Below, one piece after another: positions 20,568 to 29,954 of a stretch of 64,000 nucleotides of DNA (position 1 is its first letter; every line of letters starts with the position of its first letter). A program made the translations under genes and the position numbers. This DNA comes from an uncultured Bacilli bacterium (lineage in GTDB: Bacteria; Bacillota_I; Bacilli_A; RF39; UBA660). The notes beneath the pieces were generated by a model. It saw nothing but the letters and a program-made list of their open reading frames with translations, ran no database searches and was not told the origin of the DNA. Location: assembly GCA_934086315.1 (NCBI GenBank), contig CAKOHZ010000002.1, forward strand, positions 168,464 to 232,463, given 5' to 3'.

Positions 20568-20939
20568 TTAAGCTAATTCTACAGTAGCACCAGCTTCTTC
20601 TAATTTAGCTTTTAATTCTTCAGCTTCACTAGCAGGAATTCCTTCTTTAACATTTCCACCAGCATCAGCGATATCTTTAGCTTCTTTAAGACCTAATCCA
20701 GTAACTTCTCTAATTACTTTAATAACTTGTAATTTTTGAGCACCAGCAGCTTTTAATACTACAGTCTTAACTCCACTTCCTGCATTGTCCTCTTCAGCAG
20801 CAGCTGGAGCAGCAGCAACAGCAACAGCACTAGGATCAACACCAAATTCTTCTTTCATCATATCAACTAATTCTTTAACTTCAAGAATAGTTTTTTCTTT
20901 TAAAGCTTCAATAATATCTTTGTTTTCAATCTTTGCCAT
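20568..20939 (-). CDS. rplL: 50S ribosomal protein L7/L12.
   Basis: 123 aa with an Ala-rich hinge ([13 protein letters not shown]) and a conserved C-terminal domain ([21 protein letters not shown]...VKEG). Confidence 0.93.
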   Translation of the reverse strand: MAKIENKDIIEALKEKTILEVKELVDMMKEEFGVDPSAVAVAAAPAAAEEDNAGSGVKTVVLKAAGAQKLQVIKVIREVTGLGLKEAKDIADAGGNVKEGIPASEAEELKAKLEEAGATVELA

Positions 20940-20940
20940 A

Positions 20941-21444
20941 TTAATTATTTCCTCCTTCTTCTAACTTTTCAGCATATAGATTTAATCCAATACTTAAATT
21001 TCTTACATGTTCCATTAAACCACCAGCAAACATTGTAAGTAATCCTTCCATACTTGGAATAGTTGCATATTGAGCAATTACATTGCTATCAGCAAATTCT
21101 GAATCAATGTATCCTACTCTAACTTCTAGAGCTGGGTGTTCTTTAGCAAACTTACTAACAACTTTGATAGGTTCAATAATAGAATCAGCAAAAAGATAAG
21201 CATTAGGTCCTTCCATGTAATCACTTAATTTAATATTCTTTTGATTTAATGCAATATTCATAAGAGTATTTTTATAAATTTTTACATCAGAATTAACTTC
21301 TCTTAAACTTCTTCTTAACTCTGCAAATTCACTAACTGTTAAACCTTGATAATTTAATAACAAGAATGTTTTAGAATTATCTAATTTTTTAGTTATTTCA
21401 TTTACAACAGCTTCTTTTTGTTTAAGTATCTCTTTACTTGCCAT
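20941..21444 (-). CDS. rplJ: 50S ribosomal protein L10.
   Basis: The L10 family sequence is clear. The true start is the internal ATG at 21444, with AAAGGAG 7 nt upstream. The track start at 21459 has no RBS. Confidence 0.9.
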   Translation of the reverse strand: MASKEILKQKEAVVNEITKKLDNSKTFLLLNYQGLTVSEFAELRRSLREVNSDVKIYKNTLMNIALNQKNIKLSDYMEGPNAYLFADSIIEPIKVVSKFAKEHPALEVRVGYIDSEFADSNVIAQYATIPSMEGLLTMFAGGLMEHVRNLSIGLNLYAEKLEEGGNN

Positions 21445-21626
21445 ATAGTCTCCTTTCATAAATTAAAAAGTTTCCTCATGACAAGGAAACTTGTAATAAT
21501 CGTCATTATTAATTGTTTCCTCGGTAAGATTTACGCATCAAGCACTTACTGTCTTTGGTCACTTCACGAATTAGATTATACAATATTATTTTTAAGTTGT
21601 AAACCCCTTTTTTAATTTTTTTACGA
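21445..21626 (-). promoter_or_regulatory. rplJ 5' leader and promoter region, a possible L10-leader autoregulatory element.
   Basis: An untranslated region of about 180 nt lies upstream of rplJ. It holds the stable hairpin gtttcctcatgacaaggaaac at 21470-21490. Firmicute rplJL operons carry an L10(L12)4-binding leader here, but the covariance model was not checked. Confidence 0.35.
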
Positions 21627-23252
21627 TTATCCTACTATATATGGACTATCACTAGTTCCATCTCCAGTAACCTTAGCAGTTCCTGAGATTGAAATTACAG
21701 GTATAACTCCTACACCACTAGTAGTATCATCAAGGAAAGTACTAGATAAAGCACCAGTATCTGTTATATACCATATATAACCATGTTTATTATTTGAGTT
21801 TGGTGAATAGAAATCAAATGGTGACATAGTCCATGAATATTCTTTACTATATAAGAAATTAGTTTTATTATCTTCTTCTGTCAATCCAGCATATGCAGCC
21901 TCTTCAGCAGTTAATAATGCAATTGGATAAGTAAGTTTATTATTACCAAATAATTTTTTACCGCCATTATCTAGTGATAAAGTAAATTTATCATTTGTTT
22001 GAATACATTTATATTGAGGATTTGCGTTTTCAGAACTATAATCAGCATATATTCTACGAGATGTACCATAAAAATAGTTATTATAACCATATGCTTTGTT
22101 AGAATATGATGTACCACCAGCATTAATCGCACCACCACCACTTCTATCATTACAATAGATTGTATTTGCAACTAAAGCTTTTACATCATCACCCTTACTT
22201 AGAATATTATTAACATACCAATTATCTAAAACTGTTTTAATTGTACTATTATATTTATTACTATGAGCTGTCGCATATGAAGTACTATATCCAGTATTAT
22301 TTAAACCATTCATATATCCTACATATGAGTTATCATTACCAACTCTATTATAAACTGTAGTTCCAAGTCTAACAGAAGTACCTGTAGTAGAACATTTACC
22401 ATCTTGATAAGTTCCATTATATCTCAATTTTAAAGAACCATCTTCATTAGTTCTAATAACCTTCCAACAATAATCAGCAAAAACTAAATAATTGTTTGTA
22501 ACATTACCTCTATAAAAATATACTCTTTTACCATCCTCAGTTTTACTAATATCTGTTGTAAAATATAATCCTTTACCATTGGTATCACTTGATATTTCAC
22601 CAAAATTAATTCCAGTTTCACTAGTTACGTATGCACTACTAACATTATCTGCATATGGTTCTTCACTAGCAACCATTTTACATCTAATATCTTCACTACT
22701 ACTATTACATAAAGCAAACCATGGTTTATCTTCTTGTACGCCAAGAACACCACTGAATATTTTTCCTTGATTATAATCTTGAGGTTCAGTTGAATCTTCA
22801 AATGTAATAGTTATTGTATACTTATGAGTAACACCAACTTCTAAGAATATTTCATCTTTAACAGGTTCACCATTAATTACTCTCTGAGTTATATTTCCAC
22901 AAGTACCATTTTCGTTTCCATCCTTATCTATTCTAGTACAAGTTCCCGCTATTAACATTTCATCATTAATTATTTCATTAGTTAATTCTTGCCATATAAT
23001 TTTATAATAAACATCAAAAGTACCAACGTTTTGAACAGATAATTCTTTAGTAATTGTATCTCCAGGTTTAGCACCATTAAGAACAATTTCCGGAGAATCA
23101 GTATATATTAATTTAAGTGTTCCTGTTTCAACAACATTATCCTTTACTTCATTATTATCAAACGCAGCTTTAAAATATGCGTATGAAAAGCCTAAACTAG
23201 CTAAAAGAAGAAAAACAATTCCAATACCAAATATAATTTTTTTATCTTTCAT
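21627..23252 (-). CDS. Secreted protein with a TasA/camelysin-like N-terminal domain and SipW-cognate-type signal peptide, fused to a large Gly/Asn/Tyr-rich C-terminal domain.
   Basis: N-terminus reads MKDKKIIFGIGIVFLLLASLGFSYAYF|KAAFD...ETGTLKLIY...KPGDTITKELSVQNVGTFDV, which is TasA-like. The C-terminus ends YSWTMSP...GYIWYITDTGALS...GVGVIPVISI, shared with its neighbour. Confidence 0.55.
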   Translation of the reverse strand: MKDKKIIFGIGIVFLLLASLGFSYAYFKAAFDNNEVKDNVVETGTLKLIYTDSPEIVLNGAKPGDTITKELSVQNVGTFDVYYKIIWQELTNEIINDEMLIAGTCTRIDKDGNENGTCGNITQRVINGEPVKDEIFLEVGVTHKYTITITFEDSTEPQDYNQGKIFSGVLGVQEDKPWFALCNSSSEDIRCKMVASEEPYADNVSSAYVTSETGINFGEISSDTNGKGLYFTTDISKTEDGKRVYFYRGNVTNNYLVFADYCWKVIRTNEDGSLKLRYNGTYQDGKCSTTGTSVRLGTTVYNRVGNDNSYVGYMNGLNNTGYSTSYATAHSNKYNSTIKTVLDNWYVNNILSKGDDVKALVANTIYCNDRSGGGAINAGGTSYSNKAYGYNNYFYGTSRRIYADYSSENANPQYKCIQTNDKFTLSLDNGGKKLFGNNKLTYPIALLTAEEAAYAGLTEEDNKTNFLYSKEYSWTMSPFDFYSPNSNNKHGYIWYITDTGALSSTFLDDTTSGVGVIPVISISGTAKVTGDGTSDSPYIVG

Positions 23253-23272
23253 TGCTCATTACTCCTTTCGCT

Positions 23273-24496
23273 TTATCCTATTCTAAATGCAGGTGAAACA
23301 CCATAAGCATTATTAGCATCTCCAGCATTACCCCAACTACCTGAATCTGTTGCAAAGAAGAAACTACTAACATTATTAGAATAGCCAGTTCTAAACCACC
23401 AATATTCACTAGAAGTTCCTAACTTCTTTATAGCACCATCAGAATTATCAGCAGTTACGCCTAAGTTTTTATAATAATCTAATTGTCTTGTTAATTCATT
23501 GGCTGTGTCATAACTATAAGACCAACCACCATAAATTTCTCCAGGAGCTAATAAATATAATTTATCAGTAGAAGTAAAATTACTACTATCAGCTGCTCCT
23601 CTACCAGATACGCTAAATGTATCAATTATCCCATTTTTTATCACAGCAGGCATTGCATTATAAATATCATTATTTAAATATGTATACATTGAAGATGCTG
23701 GCCAACCACCAACAGTAGTAGCAGTACTATTCATATTATAAGTACTAATAATATCAGCAAATTCTATAACAAAACCACATGCAGTTTGTGAAAATCCATC
23801 ATTGCCACATTCTTCAGAAGTAGTATTATTAGCAACTCTAACTGTGTGTGTTCCAAAATTTCCTAATTCAATACTTTTAGTATCACCAACATTATATTCA
23901 CTACCTAATCCTGATTTTACAATATCAATAATATCTACCCAACTATCAGTAGCAAAATTAGGTTTAGTATATTCAGATACACCCAATACACCATTAAATT
24001 TCTTACCCTGATTATAATTTTGATCAGCATCTATGTTCTTAAAAGTAATTTTGATACTATACTTATGTGCAATATTAGGCTCAATATCTATTTTTCTCTT
24101 AAGAGCACCACCTGTTATAGCAGTAACATCAATGCCACTACAAGTACCACTTTCTTCATTAGTAGTATTATCTATTCTAATACAACTTGCCTCAATAACC
24201 ATTTCATCATTTTCTATTTCATTTGTTAATTCTTGCCAAACTAAATTATAGCTAGCATTCAAAGTTCCAGTATTTTTAATATTAATTTCTTTAGTTAAGC
24301 TATCACCCGGTTTCATATTTTCAAGTACTACTTGAGGTCCATCAACATAAGTTAATTCTAAAGTACCTGTTGAAACAACTTGATCCTTTACATCTTGATT
24401 TGTAATGTTATTACTAAAGTAAGCATAAGAAAAACCTACGCTAGCTAAAAAAACAAATGCTAATCCAATCCAAGCTAACATTCTTTTATTGTTCAT
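23273..24496 (-). CDS. Secreted protein with a TasA/camelysin-like N-terminal domain and SipW-cognate-type signal peptide, fused to a C-terminal WW(F/L)R(S/T)-GVSPAFR domain. It is a tandem paralog of 21627..23252.
   Basis: N-terminus reads ...MLAWIGLAFVFLASVGFSYAYFSNN...STGTLELTY...KPGDSLTKEINIKNTGTLNA. The C-terminus reads SEYWWFRTGYSNNVSSFFFATDSGSWGNAGDANNAYGVSPAFRIG. Start chosen at ATG 24496, preceded by GGAGGA. The track start is a TTG further upstream. Confidence 0.5.
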   Translation of the reverse strand: MNNKRMLAWIGLAFVFLASVGFSYAYFSNNITNQDVKDQVVSTGTLELTYVDGPQVVLENMKPGDSLTKEINIKNTGTLNASYNLVWQELTNEIENDEMVIEASCIRIDNTTNEESGTCSGIDVTAITGGALKRKIDIEPNIAHKYSIKITFKNIDADQNYNQGKKFNGVLGVSEYTKPNFATDSWVDIIDIVKSGLGSEYNVGDTKSIELGNFGTHTVRVANNTTSEECGNDGFSQTACGFVIEFADIISTYNMNSTATTVGGWPASSMYTYLNNDIYNAMPAVIKNGIIDTFSVSGRGAADSSNFTSTDKLYLLAPGEIYGGWSYSYDTANELTRQLDYYKNLGVTADNSDGAIKKLGTSSEYWWFRTGYSNNVSSFFFATDSGSWGNAGDANNAYGVSPAFRIG

Positions 24497-24590
24497 ATAA
24501 TAATCATCCTCCATCAATTATCTACCTATATTACAATTACATTATACATAGTTTTTACAAAAGTGTAAATGGTAAATAGTCAATTTTCAC

Positions 24591-24627
24591 AAGAAAGAAA
24601 AAGTGTAAAAATAATTTCTACACTTTT
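24591..24627 (-). terminator. Rho-independent terminator after cdaR.
   Basis: aaaagtgta/tacactttt (9 bp stem, 11-nt loop), followed on the minus strand by TTTCTTTCTT. Confidence 0.5.
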
Positions 24628-24632
24628 TTCTT

Positions 24633-26006
24633 TTACTTTTTAGCAATTATTACTTCTATTTTAGTAGTTCTAGATGAATAAGATAATTTTAAGTCACTAC
24701 CTGTTACCATTACTGGTACTTCATATGTACCTGGCTCTAAATCTGATAAATCAACGTAAGCCTTAATATCTTTAGAATCTAACTTATCTAATACTGATTT
24801 AACACCTTTAACTACAACATCAACTTTAGTATCACTTGCATTCTTGGCAAGAGGTTTGTATTTATTTGTATCTAAATGTTCGAACACTATTGGTATGTCT
24901 TTAAATTCTTTTGATGTTTCACCTTCCATTTTAACTTTAATAGTTATTGCTGTATCAGACATTGATCTAACACCTGTAGGTTTAACTATTGTTTCTTGGA
25001 AAGTCTTATCTTTACTAAGTCCATTTACATCTATTTCTACTTCAATTTCATTGATATCTTTAAGTACGTCTTCTTCACCATATAATGTAATATTATTTAC
25101 ATTTGATGTGATTGAACTAATAGCACTACCACTAGCTACATCTCCAACTGGAACAACCTTAACTGGAACTGTCTTACTTGGACTAGATATTTCTACTGTA
25201 GCAGTTATAGTACCTGGAACTATTTCTATATCCTTAATTTCAGTACCTTTTTCATCATATGCTATTAACTTAACATTTTCTAAAGTATAAGTACCAGCAC
25301 TATTAGCATTTAATGCATTTACATCAACTAATGCTTTAACACTAGCGACTTTCTCTAGTTTTTCTTTATATGATTTAATAATTACTTCATCTCTATCAAG
25401 TTTAATTGAACTAATTACTAATGTACTTCCAAGTTTATCTTTATTTAATATATCTGTTGTAACTGTACGAGAAGCACTAACTTTAGGATATATAACTATC
25501 GTAGCTCTTGATGGATCCACTTTATAATCTAATGATTTAATTGGATTATTATATTTAATACTTACTTTATGAGTACCAGCAGATAATCCTGTTAAATCTA
25601 AACTTAATTTATGATCTCCAAGTTGTTCTGCTAAGTATAAATCACTTTTTCTTCCCATAAGTACTATATCAGCACTTTCTGGTATTCCCTCTACTACATA
25701 TGCTTCTTCATTATATTCAGCAATTACTGGTTGATTTGATAAAACTATTGCTTCAGTTTCTACCAAATTAATTACTTTTCTATCAACTGCAAAGAATGCA
25801 GCAAACGCACATATTAATGAAACATATATAAGAGTATTAGGTTTATTTAAGAACTTGTCTAAATTACCATTTCTATTACTTAACTTATCTCCTACAAAGT
25901 AAACTGCTTTAGATATTGGTGTTACCAATATTACATCTATTATTCTATATAATACTTTAAATATTCTTGCGAAGAATTTACCTATTTTCTTAAATGTTTT
26001 TTTCAT
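24633..26006 (-). CDS. cdaR: CdaA regulatory protein CdaR (YbbR-like repeat protein).
   Basis: N-terminal TM helix then repeated beta-rich YbbR-like domains. It lies immediately downstream of and overlapping cdaA. The likely start is the internal ATG at 26006. Confidence 0.7.
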   Translation of the reverse strand: MKKTFKKIGKFFARIFKVLYRIIDVILVTPISKAVYFVGDKLSNRNGNLDKFLNKPNTLIYVSLICAFAAFFAVDRKVINLVETEAIVLSNQPVIAEYNEEAYVVEGIPESADIVLMGRKSDLYLAEQLGDHKLSLDLTGLSAGTHKVSIKYNNPIKSLDYKVDPSRATIVIYPKVSASRTVTTDILNKDKLGSTLVISSIKLDRDEVIIKSYKEKLEKVASVKALVDVNALNANSAGTYTLENVKLIAYDEKGTEIKDIEIVPGTITATVEISSPSKTVPVKVVPVGDVASGSAISSITSNVNNITLYGEEDVLKDINEIEVEIDVNGLSKDKTFQETIVKPTGVRSMSDTAITIKVKMEGETSKEFKDIPIVFEHLDTNKYKPLAKNASDTKVDVVVKGVKSVLDKLDSKDIKAYVDLSDLEPGTYEVPVMVTGSDLKLSYSSRTTKIEVIIAKK

Positions 26007-26820
26007 TATCTTCACCTTCGCTTTCAGTCGTATCAGCCTCATAGAATGTTTCTTTCTTTGGTTGTAATTCTTCTAACAATAACATTCTAGCATCATCTAA
26101 AGATAAATTATAATTTAAGTCACTTTGTATAGCTATTGATATTCTACCAGTTTCTTCACTAACTATAACTGAAATACAATCTGATATTTCACTAATTCCA
26201 AGAGCAGCTCTATGTCGAGTACCAAGTCTCTTAGATATATTAGGATTTGAACTAGTTGGGAATACACTACCAGCACAAGTTATCTTATCTCCTTGAATTA
26301 TTACACCACCATCATGAAGTGGATTATTCTTCCAGAATATTGATATTAATAACTCGCTAGTTATATCAGCATATAACTTAGTAGCTGGTTCTATATATTG
26401 AGCCAAACTATAATCTCTTTCTATAACTATTAAAGCTCCAATCTTATTTTTCTTTAAATAATCAAGAGCATTTACAATCTCATAAACTACTTTTTCTCTC
26501 TCATCTACAGTAAGAGTTTTATGTCTTCCTAGTAATTGACTTCTTCCTATACTTTCAAGAGCATTTCTAATCTCAGGTTGAAATATAATTATCAAAGCAA
26601 GAGGTCCCCAAGAAATAACATATTCTAAAATAATACCCACAGTATTTAAATTTAAAACTCCACTCAAGAACTTTAATAATACTATAATTATTACTCCTTT
26701 AAATATTAACGTTAATTTAAAATTATTTCTAGAATATTTAAGTAATTGGTAAAACATAAACCAAACTACCATAATATCTAAAACTTTAGCTGCAATTTTT
26801 AATATTGTTGTATATATCAT
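25990..26820 (-). CDS. cdaA: Diadenylate cyclase CdaA (c-di-AMP synthase).
   Basis: Three N-terminal TM helices. DAC-domain motifs HDGGVII (DGA) and GTRHRAALG (RHR). Confidence 0.88.
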   Translation of the reverse strand: MIYTTILKIAAKVLDIMVVWFMFYQLLKYSRNNFKLTLIFKGVIIIVLLKFLSGVLNLNTVGIILEYVISWGPLALIIIFQPEIRNALESIGRSQLLGRHKTLTVDEREKVVYEIVNALDYLKKNKIGALIVIERDYSLAQYIEPATKLYADITSELLISIFWKNNPLHDGGVIIQGDKITCAGSVFPTSSNPNISKRLGTRHRAALGISEISDCISVIVSEETGRISIAIQSDLNYNLSLDDARMLLLEELQPKKETFYEADTTESEGEDNEKNI

Positions 26821-26932
26821 TTGATACCTCCATCTATTAAAATATTATACACTAATTATTAATCTATTTCCATATATTTAAAATATGTTTACAAAATAAA
26901 TTATTTATTATATTTTATGATAAACTATATAT

Positions 26933-27454
26933 ATGAATAAGTTAGAACTAAGAGAAAAATATAAAATTATTAGAAAGAACATACAAAATAAAGAAGAACA
27001 AAACTCAATAATATTAAATAAAGTTATTACAAACAAAAAAATATTAAAATCATCTACTCTATTAATATATGTATCTTTTAATCATGAAGTTGATACTATA
27101 AATATCATAAAATATTTTCTAGGTAAAAAGAAAATCGCAGTACCAAAGATAGAGAATAATACTATGTCTTTCTATTATATAAATAGTTTAAATGATTTAA
27201 GAATAGGCCTTTATAATATATTAGAACCAACTACTAATAAGAAAGTAATAGATTTTAATAACACTACTTGTATAGTACCAGGTATATGCTTTGATACTAA
27301 CAATTATAGAATTGGCTATGGTAAAGGATACTATGATAGATTTCTTTCAAATAAAAATATTTATACTATTGGTCTTTCTTATAAAGAAACTTTAATAAAT
27401 AAAATACCAATAGATGAACATGATATCAAACTAAATGAAACAATTATTCCATAA
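26933..27454 (+). CDS. 5-formyltetrahydrofolate cyclo-ligase.
   Basis: 173 aa with the C-terminal 5-FCL signature ...CFDTNNYRIGYGKGYYDRFL. Confidence 0.75.
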   Translation: MNKLELREKYKIIRKNIQNKEEQNSIILNKVITNKKILKSSTLLIYVSFNHEVDTINIIKYFLGKKKIAVPKIENNTMSFYYINSLNDLRIGLYNILEPTTNKKVIDFNNTTCIVPGICFDTNNYRIGYGKGYYDRFLSNKNIYTIGLSYKETLINKIPIDEHDIKLNETIIP

Positions 27455-27484
27455 AAAAAAAGCAACTTAGTTGCTTATTTATTT
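27452..27484. terminator. Bidirectional terminator between convergent 5-FCL and spoVS.
   Basis: A9 run, then aagcaac-tta-gttgctt hairpin, then a T-rich run. Confidence 0.5.
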
Positions 27485-27747
27485 TGTACTAGAAGTTTAA
27501 TAGCAGTTTTCTCTTTACCATCAATAATCACATCATAAAATGCTGGTGTACAAATCAAATTCATACCAAGTGGTGCAACAAAACCTCTAGCTATAGAAAT
27601 TGCCTTAATAGCTTGATTTACTGCTCCTGCTCCTACAGTTTGTATTTCTACATCAGTACAACCTTCTCTAAATGAATTAGCTATACTACCCGCAACTTTT
27701 TGAGAAATACTTTTGCTTGAAACTTTTATTATATCCATTTCTTTCAC
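27475..27747 (-). CDS. spoVS: Stage V sporulation protein S.
   Basis: 90 aa. MKEMDIIKVSSKSISQKVAGSIANSFREGCTDVEIQTVGAGAVNQAIKAISIARGF is near-canonical SpoVS. Confidence 0.85.
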   Translation of the reverse strand: MKEMDIIKVSSKSISQKVAGSIANSFREGCTDVEIQTVGAGAVNQAIKAISIARGFVAPLGMNLICTPAFYDVIIDGKEKTAIKLLVQNK

Positions 27748-27791
27748 CTCACTAATTTATATGTAGAAAAGTAAAAAAAAATACTAAAGAT

Positions 27792-28475
27792 TTATTCTTT
27801 AGTATCATTTTTTATTTTTTTCTTCTTAATTTCTTTCAAAACTACTTTTTTATTTTTACTTTTCTTTTCATTCTCAATACCAAATATAGAAGTTAATTTT
27901 TTATCTATTCTAGGATTTCTCATTAATACCATAAATAATGGTTCTAATAGATTTACCAATCCAAAAGATACAAAATAATATCCCAATATTATATTAGCAG
28001 CACAATATTTTGCAAATAATGGCCCTACAATTAATAAACCTAACATTATTACTAAAATTGTACTAACCATCTTAGGATAAAAATTAATATCCCTATTATT
28101 AATAAGTCTATAAACATGATAAGATTTATTTAATACAACTGAAATAGTATAAAGTATTATAGCAGCACTCATAATAAATGCTTCATTTCCATAAAAACTA
28201 TTTATTGAAATATATGTAGCGGTAGTTACATTAATGAGTCCAAAAAATAAGTATTCATAATCATCAACTCTTCTATTAGCAAAATATGCAATTATTGCAA
28301 AAAAGCCAAAAACATAAAACAACACAGGAGCATAATCAACTGGACTCAACAACTCTGCTTCACTAAATCCAATCAATACATAACCTATTATTGTATAAAT
28401 AACATAAAGTATTATATCAATTGTTAAAAATGTTTTCTCTGATTCTTTAAATATCACCTTTTTCATAACACACAC
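27792..28475 (-). CDS. Polytopic membrane protein with a lysine-rich C-terminal tail, function unknown.
   Basis: About six predicted TM helices, then a KKSKNKKVVLKEIKKKKIKN tail. Confidence 0.4.
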   Translation of the reverse strand: MCVMKKVIFKESEKTFLTIDIILYVIYTIIGYVLIGFSEAELLSPVDYAPVLFYVFGFFAIIAYFANRRVDDYEYLFFGLINVTTATYISINSFYGNEAFIMSAAIILYTISVVLNKSYHVYRLINNRDINFYPKMVSTILVIMLGLLIVGPLFAKYCAANIILGYYFVSFGLVNLLEPLFMVLMRNPRIDKKLTSIFGIENEKKSKNKKVVLKEIKKKKIKNDTKE

Positions 28476-28526
28476 CTACTTATTCTAAAAATATTTTATA
28501 TCATTTATATAAGTATGTCAATTAAA

Positions 28527-28550
28527 AAGAATAGATATAAATCTATTCTT
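28527..28550 (-). terminator. Rho-independent terminator overlapping the stop codon of the AI-2E transporter gene.
   Basis: aagaatagat-ataa-atctattctt (10 bp stem), followed on the minus strand by TTTTAATTG. Confidence 0.5.
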
Positions 28551-29715
28551 CATCATTTTCTTCTCTATCTCTATATCCAAAGAAATTATATTTTTCATCA
28601 AAGAATACATATATAATTTTAAGAAGAGCAACTACTGGCGTAGCTATTACCATTCCAAAAATACCAAACATATATTCAAAAATCATTAATGATAAAATAA
28701 TTGTTATTGGACTTAAATTAAGTTTTTTACTCATTACTAATGGTTGAAGTACATTTCCATCTATAGTTTGAACTATTGCTATAAATACAAGAGTTAAAAT
28801 ACCGATTAGAGGACTTTGAGTAAATCCAATTGCACCAGCCACAGCAGCTCCCATATAAGGACCAATATAAGGTATTAAGTTAGTAATAACACACACAATT
28901 GTTACAAGTACTGGAGCGTTTAAACCTATTATAGAAAAACCTATTAATGAAGTTACAAATAGTAACAATGATAACCATAAAGTACCACTAACAAATGAGA
29001 ATAAAGAATCATCTAATTGTTCCATTAAATACTTAACTTCTTTTCTAGATTTTTTAGGAAATAGATTAACAAAACCTTCACTAACTTTATTAAAATCAAA
29101 TAATATATAGAAACCTAAAATTAAACTTAATGCTATTTTACCAATACTACTAGCTAAAGTAGATACTATATTCATAGCTATTTCAGGTATATTTGTTTGT
29201 ACATCACGAGCAAACATTTCTATTTTAGCTAAGAATGATGCTTTAATTCCATCTAAGTTTTCTAAACTTAAATTAGATAGTTTGATAAATATGTTATCAA
29301 TCCATCCTTTAACATCTTCAACCATAGCTGGTACAGAAGATACCATTTCAGATATTTGAGTTCCAAGTGATGGAATAGTAAATGCAAATAAAGCATATAA
29401 AACACCTATCAATAATAAATATGCTATAACAACACTAAGTCCTCTCTTAATTCCTTTTTTAGTAAGTTTTTCAACTAACGGATTTAATAACCAAGCAATA
29501 AACCAACCAATAAATAATGGAGATATTATTGATAATATTTTTCCAAAGAACGTAAGAATATGCCATTCTTTAAAAATTAATCCAAGAACATAAATTAAAA
29601 CTATTACAAAAAGTATGTACATAATTTTAAGTATTTTGTTGCCAGTACCAACTAATTCATTAATTTTTTTAGTACTAACTTTTTTATCTTCGCTTTTTTT
29701 TAATTTTTCAATCAT
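28543..29715 (-). CDS. AI-2E family transporter (YdiK/TqsA-like permease).
   Basis: 390 aa with about eight TM helices. The conserved central region and overall length match PF01594-type proteins. Confidence 0.7.
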   Translation of the reverse strand: MIEKLKKSEDKKVSTKKINELVGTGNKILKIMYILFVIVLIYVLGLIFKEWHILTFFGKILSIISPLFIGWFIAWLLNPLVEKLTKKGIKRGLSVVIAYLLLIGVLYALFAFTIPSLGTQISEMVSSVPAMVEDVKGWIDNIFIKLSNLSLENLDGIKASFLAKIEMFARDVQTNIPEIAMNIVSTLASSIGKIALSLILGFYILFDFNKVSEGFVNLFPKKSRKEVKYLMEQLDDSLFSFVSGTLWLSLLLFVTSLIGFSIIGLNAPVLVTIVCVITNLIPYIGPYMGAAVAGAIGFTQSPLIGILTLVFIAIVQTIDGNVLQPLVMSKKLNLSPITIILSLMIFEYMFGIFGMVIATPVVALLKIIYVFFDEKYNFFGYRDREENDEE

Positions 29716-29954
29716 ACTTTTTCACTCCTATCATCATAATAATAACACAAAATTTATTAAAAAAATAGTTCAATTTTAGAACTATTTTTCTTCTGATAAT
29801 GTTTTTGACATCTTTTGCATATAATTCATGATATCTTTTTCATACTTTTTATAAACAAGGCATGCACCAATACCCGAAGCAAAAGCAATCATATTTCCTA
29901 AAGTCTTAATAATATCACGCTCCTTTGATATTATTATTTATTATTTCTAAAATT

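Noticed and set aside
29782-29892. 36-codon ORF (MIAFASGIGACLVYKKYEKDIMNYMQKMSKTLSEEK) on the minus strand in the 240-nt gap between the AI-2E transporter gene and recD2.
   Set aside because: Its only Shine-Dalgarno-like sequence (AGGAAAT) abuts the ATG with too little spacing. There is no conservation evidence. It could be a small membrane peptide, but that cannot be supported from sequence alone.
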